Below, in pieces: positions 39,054-48,296 of a stretch of DNA of 64,000 nucleotides. The stretch covers positions 128,001 through 192,000 of the forward strand of contig JBEKIW010000003.1 in the NCBI GenBank assembly GCA_050011565.1, read 5' to 3'. The position numbers and the translations under genes are program-made. Under the pieces are notes generated by a model. The model did not search any database. It saw only the letters and a program-made list of their open reading frames with translations, and was not told the DNA's origin. Origin of the DNA: Dehalococcoidia bacterium (GTDB lineage: Bacteria; Chloroflexota; Dehalococcoidia; GIF9; UBA5629). How positions within the stretch are numbered: the stretch's first letter is position 1; each line of letters starts with the position of its first letter.

Positions 39054-39077
39054 CAGTCAAATTGTTAGAGGTCTGTC

Positions 39078-39755
39078 TTGAAGAGAATATTGATAGTCGC
39101 CAGCAATGCTGTGGGAGCCAGGGAGTTGGATTCAGGGCTTACACAGATGGGCTTTGCCTGCCTGACTGTGAACAACGCCGACATAGCAATGGATACGGTC
39201 AGGAAGGAAACCCTTGATATGGTGCTTGTTGACGCTGATGGTTTATCAACCTCGTCCTGGTCCAGCCTAAAAACGAAACAGCTCCCAAAAATCAAATCGG
39301 CCGTTCATCTACCTGTCATTGTTCTTATGCCTACGGGAATTCTCGATGGCGTTGATTCTGACTTCCAGCTAGATGATTTCATCGTTAGGCCATTCAACCT
39401 GTCTGAGTTAGTAGTTCGAATAAGGCGAATCCTCAACCGGACAAACAACGATGGCAATCAAGATTCCGTCAGGGGTGGCGATTTGATGATAGATGTTGCC
39501 AAATGTGAGGTATCGGTTAACGGCAGGCTTGTTGTCTTGACATTCAAGGAATATGAGCTGTTAAAGTTTCTGATGCGCCACAAAGGCAAGGTATTTACTC
39601 GAGAGGCTCTGCTTAATGAGGTCTGGGGCTATGATTACTACGGTGGTGATAGAACTGTTGATGTTCACATAAGAAGGTTGAGAAGCAAGATAGAGGACGC
39701 CAATCATACTTTCATCGATACAGTCAGAAACATAGGCTACAAGTTCAGTGATTAG
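39078..39755 (+). CDS. Orphan atypical OmpR-family regulator resembling actinobacterial GlnR
   Basis: LTFKEYELLKFL...VWGYDYYGGDRTVDVHIRRLR; receiver lacks the acidic pair and has RPF for KPF; no adjacent kinase. Confidence 0.8.
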   Translation: MKRILIVASNAVGARELDSGLTQMGFACLTVNNADIAMDTVRKETLDMVLVDADGLSTSSWSSLKTKQLPKIKSAVHLPVIVLMPTGILDGVDSDFQLDDFIVRPFNLSELVVRIRRILNRTNNDGNQDSVRGGDLMIDVAKCEVSVNGRLVVLTFKEYELLKFLMRHKGKVFTREALLNEVWGYDYYGGDRTVDVHIRRLRSKIEDANHTFIDTVRNIGYKFSD

Positions 39756-39837
39756 GCGGTAAAAACATCACCTCAGCCTACTTCCATTTCGACTAATCCT
39801 TTTCACACATTGCTGAATAGGCAATGTCCATCAATTT

Positions 39838-39891
39838 GTAACACGATTTTAACATCTTTGCAATACCTCCGAAATATTTAGCTGGTACTCT
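39838..39891 (+). promoter_or_regulatory. GlnR-type four-repeat box plus -10 upstream of amtB copy 1
   Basis: GTAAC-N6-TTAAC-N6-GCAAT-N6-GAAAT; TACTCT at 39886. Confidence 0.75.
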
Positions 39892-39940
39892 TATATCCAG
39901 GTTCGGCAACCAGCATATAAAAATTTTTGGAGGTTCTAAA

Positions 39941-41173
39941 ATGTCTATCAATTCCGGCGACACAGCCTGGCTGTTGATATCTACAGCAATGGTTATACTG
40001 ATGACACCCGCCCTGGCTTTTTTCTACGGCGGTATGGTGCGAAGGAAGAACATCCTTTCAACCATAATGATGAGCTTCGCCATCCTTGCCCTGGTTTCCA
40101 TCCTCTGGGTTGTATATGGCTACAGTATAAGCTTTGGCCCAGACAGAGGCGGCATTATCGGAGCACTCGACTGGATTGGACTTACGGGTGTGGGGCAGGC
40201 TCCATCATCAGTATATGCCACCACCGTGCCCCATCTGGCATTTATGATTTTTCAAGCTGCATTCGCCATCATCACCGTAGCTCTCTGGACTGGAGCCGTG
40301 GTTGAGCGCATCAAGTTCAGCACACTTCTGGTTTTTGCTGCCTTATGGCTAACCCTAGTCTATTGTCCGGTGGCTCACTGGGTATGGGGCAGCGGCGGCT
40401 GGCTGGCCAGATTAGGTGCTCTCGATTTTGCCGGCGGTACTGTAGTCCACGTGAATGCCGGAATATCTGCCTTAGCCTTAGCTCTGGTACTCGGCCCACG
40501 CTTGGGATTTAAAGAGAAGGAGACAATGGAGCCAAATAATATACCTTATGTTGTTCTTGGCGCCGCTCTTCTCTGGTTTGGCTGGTTCGGCTTCAATGCT
40601 GGAAGTGCGCTCACTGCGGGTGGGCTAGCATCCAGCGCCTTCGTTTCTACCAATACTGCGGCGGCTTCTGCTGCTTTCACCTGGATGATACTTGGCTGGA
40701 TTAATCGCAGACCATCGGTACTTGGCGCAGCCACAGGCGCCGTGGTTGGTCTGGTAGCAATTACGCCGGCTGCCGGCTTTGTCCAGCCCTGGGCCGGCAT
40801 ACCTATAGGGGCTATAGCTGCAATGCTCTCCTACTATGTCATGATCTGGCGGAATAAGGCAAACAAGATAGACGAATCGCTGGATGTCTTCGCCTGCCAC
40901 GGTGTTGGTGGGGCATGGGGTGCTTTAGCTACCGGCATTTTCGCTACGGCTGCCGTCAATTCGGCAGGTTCCGGCTTAGTAGATGGGAATGGCAAACAAA
41001 TTCTAATTCAGTTAGCTGCTATCGTTACCGTTATGATCTACGCCTTTGGCGTTTCCTGGGTGCTGGCGAAAATTCTGGATGCTACCATGGGGCTTCGTGT
41101 CCAGCAAGAGGAAGAGGTAGTCGGACTCGATATATCCCAGCATGGAGAGCGAGCTTATGGAGGTCTAGCCTGA
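39941..41173 (+). CDS. amtB: Ammonium transporter, copy 1
   Basis: GDTAWLL, DFAGGTVVH, LWFGWFGFNAGS, HGVGG, GLDISQHGE. Confidence 0.97.
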   Translation: MSINSGDTAWLLISTAMVILMTPALAFFYGGMVRRKNILSTIMMSFAILALVSILWVVYGYSISFGPDRGGIIGALDWIGLTGVGQAPSSVYATTVPHLAFMIFQAAFAIITVALWTGAVVERIKFSTLLVFAALWLTLVYCPVAHWVWGSGGWLARLGALDFAGGTVVHVNAGISALALALVLGPRLGFKEKETMEPNNIPYVVLGAALLWFGWFGFNAGSALTAGGLASSAFVSTNTAAASAAFTWMILGWINRRPSVLGAATGAVVGLVAITPAAGFVQPWAGIPIGAIAAMLSYYVMIWRNKANKIDESLDVFACHGVGGAWGALATGIFATAAVNSAGSGLVDGNGKQILIQLAAIVTVMIYAFGVSWVLAKILDATMGLRVQQEEEVVGLDISQHGERAYGGLA

Positions 41174-41240
41174 TTAGAAAAATCCTGGAAGCTTGTTGGA
41201 CCACTAGCCCGGAGCACGAACTTTTATATTGTTGCCATTC

Positions 41241-41294
41241 GTAACATAGATTTAACAAAGTCGTAATATCGTTGAAACATTCGGCTAGTATCAT
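41241..41294 (+). promoter_or_regulatory. GlnR-type four-repeat box plus -10 upstream of amtB copy 2/glnK/glnA
   Basis: GTAAC-N6-TTAAC-N6-GTAAT-N6-GAAAC; TATCAT at 41289. Confidence 0.8.
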
Positions 41295-41523
41295 TGTCTA
41301 CAGAGGTGAGCTAATGTACAGGGACCTGGCTCAAATGTCTAAAGCTAAAGGTATTTATCGAACTCTGGCACTGCTGGCTATTCTCTCGCCGAAACCAATC
41401 AGGCATGAAACCAGTAAGTATTCGCCGAGAAAGGATAGCCATAAGACAGATGAACAGGTCAATATTAGCGATGCTGGTGTGAAAAAAGAATGTACGGTCT
41501 CACCTAGATAGGAGAGGATACAG

Positions 41524-42759
41524 ATGTCGGTTAATTCTGGCGATACTGCCTGGCTGTTGATATCGACCGCGCTAGTTATGCTGATGACACCCGCCCTGGC
41601 TTTTTTCTACGGCGGTATGGTGAGAAGAAAGAATATACTTTCGACCATGATGATGAGCTTCGCCATCCTGGCTCTGGTCTCCGTCCTCTGGATAATTTAT
41701 GGCTACAGCATAAGCTTTGGTCCAGACAGAGGCGGCATTATCGGAGCACTCGACTGGATTGGACTTACGGGTGTCGGTCAAGCTCCTTCATCTGTTTATG
41801 CCACGACCGTTCCCCATCTGGCATTCATGATTTTTCAAGCTGCATTCGCCATCATTACGGTAGCTCTGTGGACCGGCGCCGTAGTCGAACGCATTAAATT
41901 TGGCGCATTGCTGGTTCTCGGTATCTTGTGGCTAACGGTAGTCTACTGCCCGGTTGCTCACTGGGTATGGGGCAGCGGTGGCTGGCTGGCCAGATTGGGA
42001 GCACTGGATTTTGCCGGCGGCGGTGTAGTCCATGTCAATGCTGGAATATCCGCTCTGGCCTTAGCTCTGGTGCTCGGCCCGCGTCTGGGATTTAAAGAGA
42101 AGGAGCCAATGGAGCCAAACAACATACCTTTTGTTGTGCTCGGTGCTGCTCTACTCTGGTTTGGCTGGTTCGGATTCAACGCCGGAAGTGCAGTTACTGC
42201 CGGTGGATTAGCCTCCAGCGCGTTTGTGGTTACCAACACCGCAGGTGCTTCAGCCGCTCTTACCTGGATGACGCTTGGTTGGATTAATCGCCGACCGTCC
42301 GTACTTGGCGCAGCCACTGGTGCTATTGTTGGTTTGGCAGCCATTACACCCGCTGCCGGCTTTGTCCAGCCCTGGGCAGGTATACCCATAGGCGTTATAG
42401 CTGCAGTGCTCTCTTACTATGTCATGCTGTGGCGGAATAAGGCAAATAAGATAGACGAATCGCTTGACGTCTTCGCCTGCCACGGAGTCGGCGGTGCCTG
42501 GGGGCTTTTAGCCACCGGCATTTTCGCCACGGCTGCCGTCAACCACGCTGGTTCCGGTTTAATAGACGGAAATGGCAAACAAGTTCTCATTCAGTTAGTC
42601 GCCATTGCTGCCATTATGGTCTATGCCTTTGCGGTTTCATGGATTCTGGCCACAATTCTAAAGGCCACTATGGGACTTCGCGTGAAGGAAGAGGAGGAGG
42701 TAGTTGGACTTGATATTTCCCAACACGGAGAACGAGCTTACGGAGGTGTATCACAATGA
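41524..42759 (+). CDS. amtB: Ammonium transporter, copy 2
   Basis: Close paralogue of copy 1; DFAGGGVVH. Confidence 0.97.
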   Translation: MSVNSGDTAWLLISTALVMLMTPALAFFYGGMVRRKNILSTMMMSFAILALVSVLWIIYGYSISFGPDRGGIIGALDWIGLTGVGQAPSSVYATTVPHLAFMIFQAAFAIITVALWTGAVVERIKFGALLVLGILWLTVVYCPVAHWVWGSGGWLARLGALDFAGGGVVHVNAGISALALALVLGPRLGFKEKEPMEPNNIPFVVLGAALLWFGWFGFNAGSAVTAGGLASSAFVVTNTAGASAALTWMTLGWINRRPSVLGAATGAIVGLAAITPAAGFVQPWAGIPIGVIAAVLSYYVMLWRNKANKIDESLDVFACHGVGGAWGLLATGIFATAAVNHAGSGLIDGNGKQVLIQLVAIAAIMVYAFAVSWILATILKATMGLRVKEEEEVVGLDISQHGERAYGGVSQ

Positions 42760-43103
42760 AAAAGATAGAGGCGATTATAAGGCCAGAGAAGCTGGAAGAT
42801 GTGAAAACAGCGCTGGAGGCCAGGGGTATCCTGACCATGACTGTTACCCAGGTGAGCGGTAGAGGGCGTCAAAAGGGTATAGCTTTGCAATGGCGTGCCG
42901 GCGAATATCGAGTAGAGTTCCTGCCTAAAATAAAACTGGAGATTGTGTGCAGTGATGATGAATGCAAAACTGCTGTCGATATTATAAGTAAGTCAGCCCG
43001 AACAGGAAAGGTAGGTGATGGCATGATATTTGTCTTGCCCGTGGACAGCGCCGTGCGGGTAAGAACTAGCGATATCAGCGAAACACTCGTCAAAACGAAA
43101 TAA
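42756..43103 (+). CDS. glnK: PII nitrogen regulatory protein
   Basis: MKKIEAIIRPEKL, GRGRQKG, EYRVEFLPK, TGKVGDG; coupled to amtB. Confidence 0.93.
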   Translation: MKKIEAIIRPEKLEDVKTALEARGILTMTVTQVSGRGRQKGIALQWRAGEYRVEFLPKIKLEIVCSDDECKTAVDIISKSARTGKVGDGMIFVLPVDSAVRVRTSDISETLVKTK

Positions 43104-43123
43104 AAAGCATTAAAGGAGGTATT

Positions 43124-44557
43124 ATGAAACCGGAAGACATAGCCAGTTTTATAAAGAAAAATTATATTGAATTCGTAGACCTTAAATTCAACGACCTGCC
43201 CGGATTATGGCAGCACTTCTCCATACCCGTTAGTGAACTTACTGAAATCGATGATCCCACTCGAGGTATTTGGGTCGATGGCATAGGTTTCGATGGCTCA
43301 AGCATTCGCGGATTCCAGGCAATACAGGAAAGCGATATGATACTTCTTCCTGACCCCGACTCGGCTGTTATCGACCCTATATGCGAGGTCCCGACGCTAA
43401 GCATAATCTGTGATATTCATGACCCGCTGACAAAAAAGCCTTATACCCGGGACCCGAGATATATAGCCAAGAAAGCCGAGAAATATCTGAAGTCCACTAG
43501 CATAGCGGATACCAGCTACTGGGGCCCGGAAATGGAATTCTTCATTTTCGACGACATCCGATTTCGTCAAAATCAGCACTGCGGCTTTTACTATATCGAT
43601 TCCGTAGAGGCAGACTGGAATACTGGAAAGGAAGAAAATCCAAACCTGGGATATAAGCCCCGCTACAAAGAAGGCTATTTCCCCGTGCCACCTCACGATT
43701 CGCTGCAGGATTTAAGGTCGAAAATCGTTCAGACCTTAATTAAAACTGGCATTCATATAGAGGTACACCATCATGAGGTGGCTACTGCCGGTCAGTGCGA
43801 AATCGATATGAAGTTTCAGTCTCTTACTCTGATGGGCGACCAGATGATGTGGTATAAGTATATTGTCAAGAATATGTGTAAGAAACATAATAAAGTAGCC
43901 ACATTTATGCCTAAGCCTATCTTCGAGGATAACGGCTCGGGCATGCATGTCCACCAGAGCTTATTTAAAGGAAAAGAAAATGTTTTCTTTGACCCCAAGG
44001 GCTACGCTCTAATTAGCCAGATTGCCAAGTACTATGCCGGAGGGTTGCTCAAGCATGCAGCTTCCCTGTCAGCCATCGTAGCCCCTACCACCAATTCCTA
44101 TAAACGGCTGGTTCCCGGGTTCGAAGCTCCGGTCAATTTGGTGTACTCTGCTCGGAATCGCAGCGCTTGCGTCCGAATTCCGGTTTACACTGACAATCCC
44201 AGAACTAAAAGACTTGAGTACAGACCGCCTGACAATTCCTGCAACGGCTATTTAGCTATGGCGGCAATGCTGATGGCCGGACTTGACGGCATCCAAAATA
44301 AAATAGATCCCGGCGAGCCTATGGATAAAGATTCTTACCATCTGAGTCCAAGAGATGCCGCTAAAATAAAGACAGTGCCGTCATCTCTGGAGGAAGCTCT
44401 TAACGCCCTGGAAAAAGACCACGCATATCTTCTCAAAGGCGATGTCTTTACTCCCGATGTAATTGAAGTTTGGCTTGATTACAAGAGAACCAGGGAGGTT
44501 GATGCTTTAAGGCTCAGGCCTCATCCCTACGAGTTCTACATGTATTTCGACATTTAA
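43124..44557 (+). CDS. glnA: Glutamine synthetase type I (GSI-beta-like)
   Basis: FDGSSIRGF, KEGYFPVPP, HHEVATAGQ, NGSGMH, LVPGFEAP, RNRSA. Confidence 0.96.
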   Translation: MKPEDIASFIKKNYIEFVDLKFNDLPGLWQHFSIPVSELTEIDDPTRGIWVDGIGFDGSSIRGFQAIQESDMILLPDPDSAVIDPICEVPTLSIICDIHDPLTKKPYTRDPRYIAKKAEKYLKSTSIADTSYWGPEMEFFIFDDIRFRQNQHCGFYYIDSVEADWNTGKEENPNLGYKPRYKEGYFPVPPHDSLQDLRSKIVQTLIKTGIHIEVHHHEVATAGQCEIDMKFQSLTLMGDQMMWYKYIVKNMCKKHNKVATFMPKPIFEDNGSGMHVHQSLFKGKENVFFDPKGYALISQIAKYYAGGLLKHAASLSAIVAPTTNSYKRLVPGFEAPVNLVYSARNRSACVRIPVYTDNPRTKRLEYRPPDNSCNGYLAMAAMLMAGLDGIQNKIDPGEPMDKDSYHLSPRDAAKIKTVPSSLEEALNALEKDHAYLLKGDVFTPDVIEVWLDYKRTREVDALRLRPHPYEFYMYFDI

Positions 44558-44590
44558 TATCTGTACCCGGAGGATTCGGGGGTGTGACTT

Positions 44591-45931
44591 GTGGCTGTAA
44601 AGAGTCGAACTGAGGGGCGGGGCTATGTGCTTAAGATAGCCAGGGAGCAAGATGTTAAGTTTATCAGGCTCTGGTTTGCCGATATCTTGGGCTTCCTCAA
44701 AAGCTTCGCTATCACGTTCGAGGAACTGGAGGCTGCCCTGGAGGATGGCGTGGGCTTCGATGGTTCTTCAATCGAGGGATTTGCTCGTATAGATGAGAGC
44801 GATATGCTGGCTCTACCCGACCCGGATACCTTCCAGTTGTTGCCCTGGAGGCCGAAAGAACATGCCGTAGCCAGGATGTTTTGCGACATTGTCAGACCTG
44901 GTGGCGAGCCTTTCGAAGGAGATCCCAGATACGTCCTGAGACAGAACTTGAAGCGGGCAGCAGACATGGGCTACACATTTTATGTTGGGCCAGAGCTCGA
45001 GTATTTCTATTTCCGTGATTCCAATGGTACCAACATCCTAGATAAAGGCGGCTATTTCGACATGACCCCTCTGGATGCCGCCACTGACCTGAGGAGAGAC
45101 ACAGTTTTGACTCTCGAAGAGATGGGCATAGGTGTGGAGTTCTCCCACCATGAGGTTGCGTCCAGCCAGCATGAAATAGATATGCGATATACTGACGCAC
45201 TGACTATGGCTGATAATGTAATGACCTATCGGCTGGTAGTCAAAGAGGTGGCCATCAAGCACGGTGTCTACGCCACTTTTATGCCCAAACCTGTTTTCGG
45301 GATAAATGGCAGCGGTATGCACGTCAATCAGTCTCTGTTTAAGAGCAATAAAAACGCCTTCTTTGATAAGAATGATGAATATCATCTTTCTGATGTAGCC
45401 AGGTGTTATATAGCTGGACTACTAAGACATGCCCCCGAAATCACTGCCATTACCAACCAGTGGGTCAATTCTTATAAACGGCTGGTTCCCGGCTATGAGG
45501 CGCCGGTATACATCTCCTGGGCCCGACGCAATAGAGCTGATTTGATAAGAGTACCCGAATATAGGCCCGGGCGTGAGAACGCGACCAGGATTGAGTTTCG
45601 TTCGCCCGACCCGGCTTGCAACCCTTATCTCGCCTTCAGTGTAATGCTGGCTGCCGGACTCGAGGGTATAGAGAAGGGATATGAACTGCCTGCACCTGTC
45701 CAGGAGAATGTACATGAGATGACTGATGGGGAAAGGAAGAAAAGAGGTATCGGAACTCTGCCTGCCGACCTACTTGAGGCGGTACATTTAACATCAAAGA
45801 GCAAGCTGGTTCGTAAGGCTCTGGGTGAACACACCTATAATGCTTTCATTAAAAATAAACTAATCGAATGGGACCAGTACCGGAGTCAGGTCACTCAATT
45901 TGAACTTGAACGATATTTGCCTGTATTATGA
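44591..45931 (+). CDS. glnA2: Second glutamine synthetase family protein (GSI-alpha/GlnA2-like)
   Basis: FIRLWFADILGFLKS, FDGSSIEGFAR, NGSGMH, LVPGYEAP, IEFRSPDPACNPY. Confidence 0.85.
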   Translation: MAVKSRTEGRGYVLKIAREQDVKFIRLWFADILGFLKSFAITFEELEAALEDGVGFDGSSIEGFARIDESDMLALPDPDTFQLLPWRPKEHAVARMFCDIVRPGGEPFEGDPRYVLRQNLKRAADMGYTFYVGPELEYFYFRDSNGTNILDKGGYFDMTPLDAATDLRRDTVLTLEEMGIGVEFSHHEVASSQHEIDMRYTDALTMADNVMTYRLVVKEVAIKHGVYATFMPKPVFGINGSGMHVNQSLFKSNKNAFFDKNDEYHLSDVARCYIAGLLRHAPEITAITNQWVNSYKRLVPGYEAPVYISWARRNRADLIRVPEYRPGRENATRIEFRSPDPACNPYLAFSVMLAAGLEGIEKGYELPAPVQENVHEMTDGERKKRGIGTLPADLLEAVHLTSKSKLVRKALGEHTYNAFIKNKLIEWDQYRSQVTQFELERYLPVL

Positions 45932-45981
45932 TGATTAAAGATGAGCTAGCAAGCCAGAACAATATATAAAAGGAGGTTGTA

Positions 45982-46350
45982 ATGTCATACAATTGGGGGC
46001 CGCACTACATCGTTCCTACGGATGTTCTGAAAAGCTACTCTGGAACGGTTCTATTGCGCGAGGAGTTCGATGAAGACCTGCTGCACAAGGAGTTGCAGGC
46101 ACTGGGTATCTCCGGTCCTATAGTGACCATCACCAATCCATGGTATTACCGCAAAAAGAAAACAGATACCTGGGTCAAGATTGGAGAATCAAGCAACGAA
46201 CAGCAGAACTTCCCTACCCGATGGGACACAATCGGCCTCGAAAACGGACAGTACGAGGTTATGGGACTGATGCATGTCTTTGCCAAGAAAGGTACTGCAG
46301 AGGTAGCCATCGCCCGGCAGAATGTAGTCGAAATTACTGTTAAGAATTAG
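45982..46350 (+). CDS. Hypothetical protein
   Basis: Strong AGGAGG SD; 122 aa; WDTIGLENGQYEV resembles an Ig-like strand pattern. Confidence 0.7.
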   Translation: MSYNWGPHYIVPTDVLKSYSGTVLLREEFDEDLLHKELQALGISGPIVTITNPWYYRKKKTDTWVKIGESSNEQQNFPTRWDTIGLENGQYEVMGLMHVFAKKGTAEVAIARQNVVEITVKN

Positions 46351-46505
46351 GCTTTAATCAACTGTGTGCCCGCATTTTCATCATCTTCACTCATAATGTT
46401 AATAGAGAGCACCGATAAAGGACTCGGTTGACCGGATGTCAACTTGAGTTATTCTTGTTGGTTCTCTAAAATTACTGTTGGTCTGGTTTTCTAGGAGAAA
46501 CTAAT

Positions 46506-48242
46506 ATGCGCAAGCTGCGTATCGGCATGTCTCAAATCAATACCACCGTAGGCGATTTTGCTGGCAACACGCGAAAGATTCTGGAAGCCATCGCCGCGGC
46601 TCGCCCTTTGGGAGTTGACCTCATCGCTTTTCCTGAGCTGGCTATCTGCGGTTATCCGCCGGAAGACCTTTTGTTCAAGCCGCAGTTTATCGAAGAGAAC
46701 CTGAAATCTCTTGAGAAAGTCATCAAGCAAACATCCGGGCTGGCTGTCATAGTCGGATTCGTCGATGCCAAGAGCGACATCTATAACGCAGCGGCAATTA
46801 TCAACGACGGCAAGCTTGTCAGCATTTATCATAAGATATACCTGCCGAACTACGGCGTCTTCGATGAAAATCGCTATTTTCAAGCCGGCAGGGAATGTCC
46901 GGTGTATACCATACTTGGAGTCGGTATCGGCGTCAATATTTGCGAAGATATCTGGTATGAGGCGGGGCCGGCCACGGCTCAGGCTTATGCGGGGGCGGAG
47001 GTTATAATAAATATAAGCGCCTCTCCCTATCACTTCGGTAAGGAAAACGACAGAGAAAGAATGCTGGCGACTCGTGCCTCGGATAATGTAGCCATTATCG
47101 TCTATGATAACCTGGTAGGCGGCCAGGATGAACTGGTTTTTGATGGCAACAGTATGGTGCTGAATGAGAAGGGACAACTGTTAGCCAGGGGCAAACAGTT
47201 TGAAGAAGACCTGATAGTTGTTGACCTCGATGTGGAAGCCGTTTTCCGGACTCGTTTGCATGACCCCAGGTGGAGGAAGGAGACGCTGCTTCTAGAAGAC
47301 CATCCGGAACATGCGGTCAATGTAGTGGTGTCCGAGCTATCTCCGGCAGCTCCCAAGCCGGCATTGCCGCCTAGGCAGATTAAAGAGCACAGCTTTCCAG
47401 GTGATGTCTATGATGCCTTGGTGCTGGGGACACGCGACTATATAACTAAGAATGGTTTTAAGAAAGTACTGATAGGACTGTCAGGCGGAATCGATTCCAG
47501 CCTGGTAGCAGCCATAGCCGCCGATGCCCTAGGCCGGTCCAATGTTATAGGAGTATTGATGCCCTCCAGGTATTCATCGTCGGGGAGTGTATCTGATTCC
47601 GAACTTCTGGGCCGGAATTTGGGTATTAAATATATTACCATTCCTATCGAGAAAGTATACCAGGGCTACATTGAAACACTGGCAGAACAATTTCGAGATG
47701 CCAAACCGGATTCCACCGAGGAGAATATCCAGGCGCGTATCAGGGGGAACCTGCTTATGGCCTTATCGAACAAGTTTGGCTGGCTGGTTCTGACCACCGG
47801 TAACAAGAGCGAGATTGCCACCGGCTACACCACTTTGTATGGAGACATGGCCGGCGGCTTTGCCGTGATAAAGGATGTGCCTAAGACATTAGTATATGAG
47901 CTGGCTAAATATAGAAATTCGATAGCTAACGATGAGGTCATACCGCCCGGCATCATTTCCAAAGCACCTTCGGCGGAGTTGAGGCCGGAGCAAAAAGACA
48001 CCGACAGCTTGCCACCGTATGAACTGCTCGACCCCGTCCTGACCGCTTACGTTGAAGAAGACAAGAGCGTTGAACAAATTATCGGCTCCGGTTTTGAAGA
48101 AAGTGTGGTGAAACGGGCAGCACGGCTGGTTGACGGCAGTGAATACAAAAGACGCCAGGCACCGCCGGGTATTAAGATAACGCCCAGGGCCTTCGGTCGA
48201 GACAGGAGATTGCCAATTACCAACAGGTTCAAAGGATGTTAG
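46506..48242 (+). CDS. nadE: Glutamine-dependent NAD+ synthetase
   Basis: Nitrilase domain (FPEL, ICEDIW) plus SGGIDS, ENIQARIRG, TGNKSE, PSAELRP. Confidence 0.96.
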   Translation: MRKLRIGMSQINTTVGDFAGNTRKILEAIAAARPLGVDLIAFPELAICGYPPEDLLFKPQFIEENLKSLEKVIKQTSGLAVIVGFVDAKSDIYNAAAIINDGKLVSIYHKIYLPNYGVFDENRYFQAGRECPVYTILGVGIGVNICEDIWYEAGPATAQAYAGAEVIINISASPYHFGKENDRERMLATRASDNVAIIVYDNLVGGQDELVFDGNSMVLNEKGQLLARGKQFEEDLIVVDLDVEAVFRTRLHDPRWRKETLLLEDHPEHAVNVVVSELSPAAPKPALPPRQIKEHSFPGDVYDALVLGTRDYITKNGFKKVLIGLSGGIDSSLVAAIAADALGRSNVIGVLMPSRYSSSGSVSDSELLGRNLGIKYITIPIEKVYQGYIETLAEQFRDAKPDSTEENIQARIRGNLLMALSNKFGWLVLTTGNKSEIATGYTTLYGDMAGGFAVIKDVPKTLVYELAKYRNSIANDEVIPPGIISKAPSAELRPEQKDTDSLPPYELLDPVLTAYVEEDKSVEQIIGSGFEESVVKRAARLVDGSEYKRRQAPPGIKITPRAFGRDRRLPITNRFKGC

Positions 48243-48296
48243 ACTACTGTTAAGAAAGATTCGGCACCAGAGGATAGCAGAGCTTCGAAGGAAATA

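Noticed and set aside
41295-41523. Known glutamine (glnA) riboswitch or T-box
   Set aside because: The conserved sequence elements of those families are not evident; the region is kept only as an unclassified structured leader.
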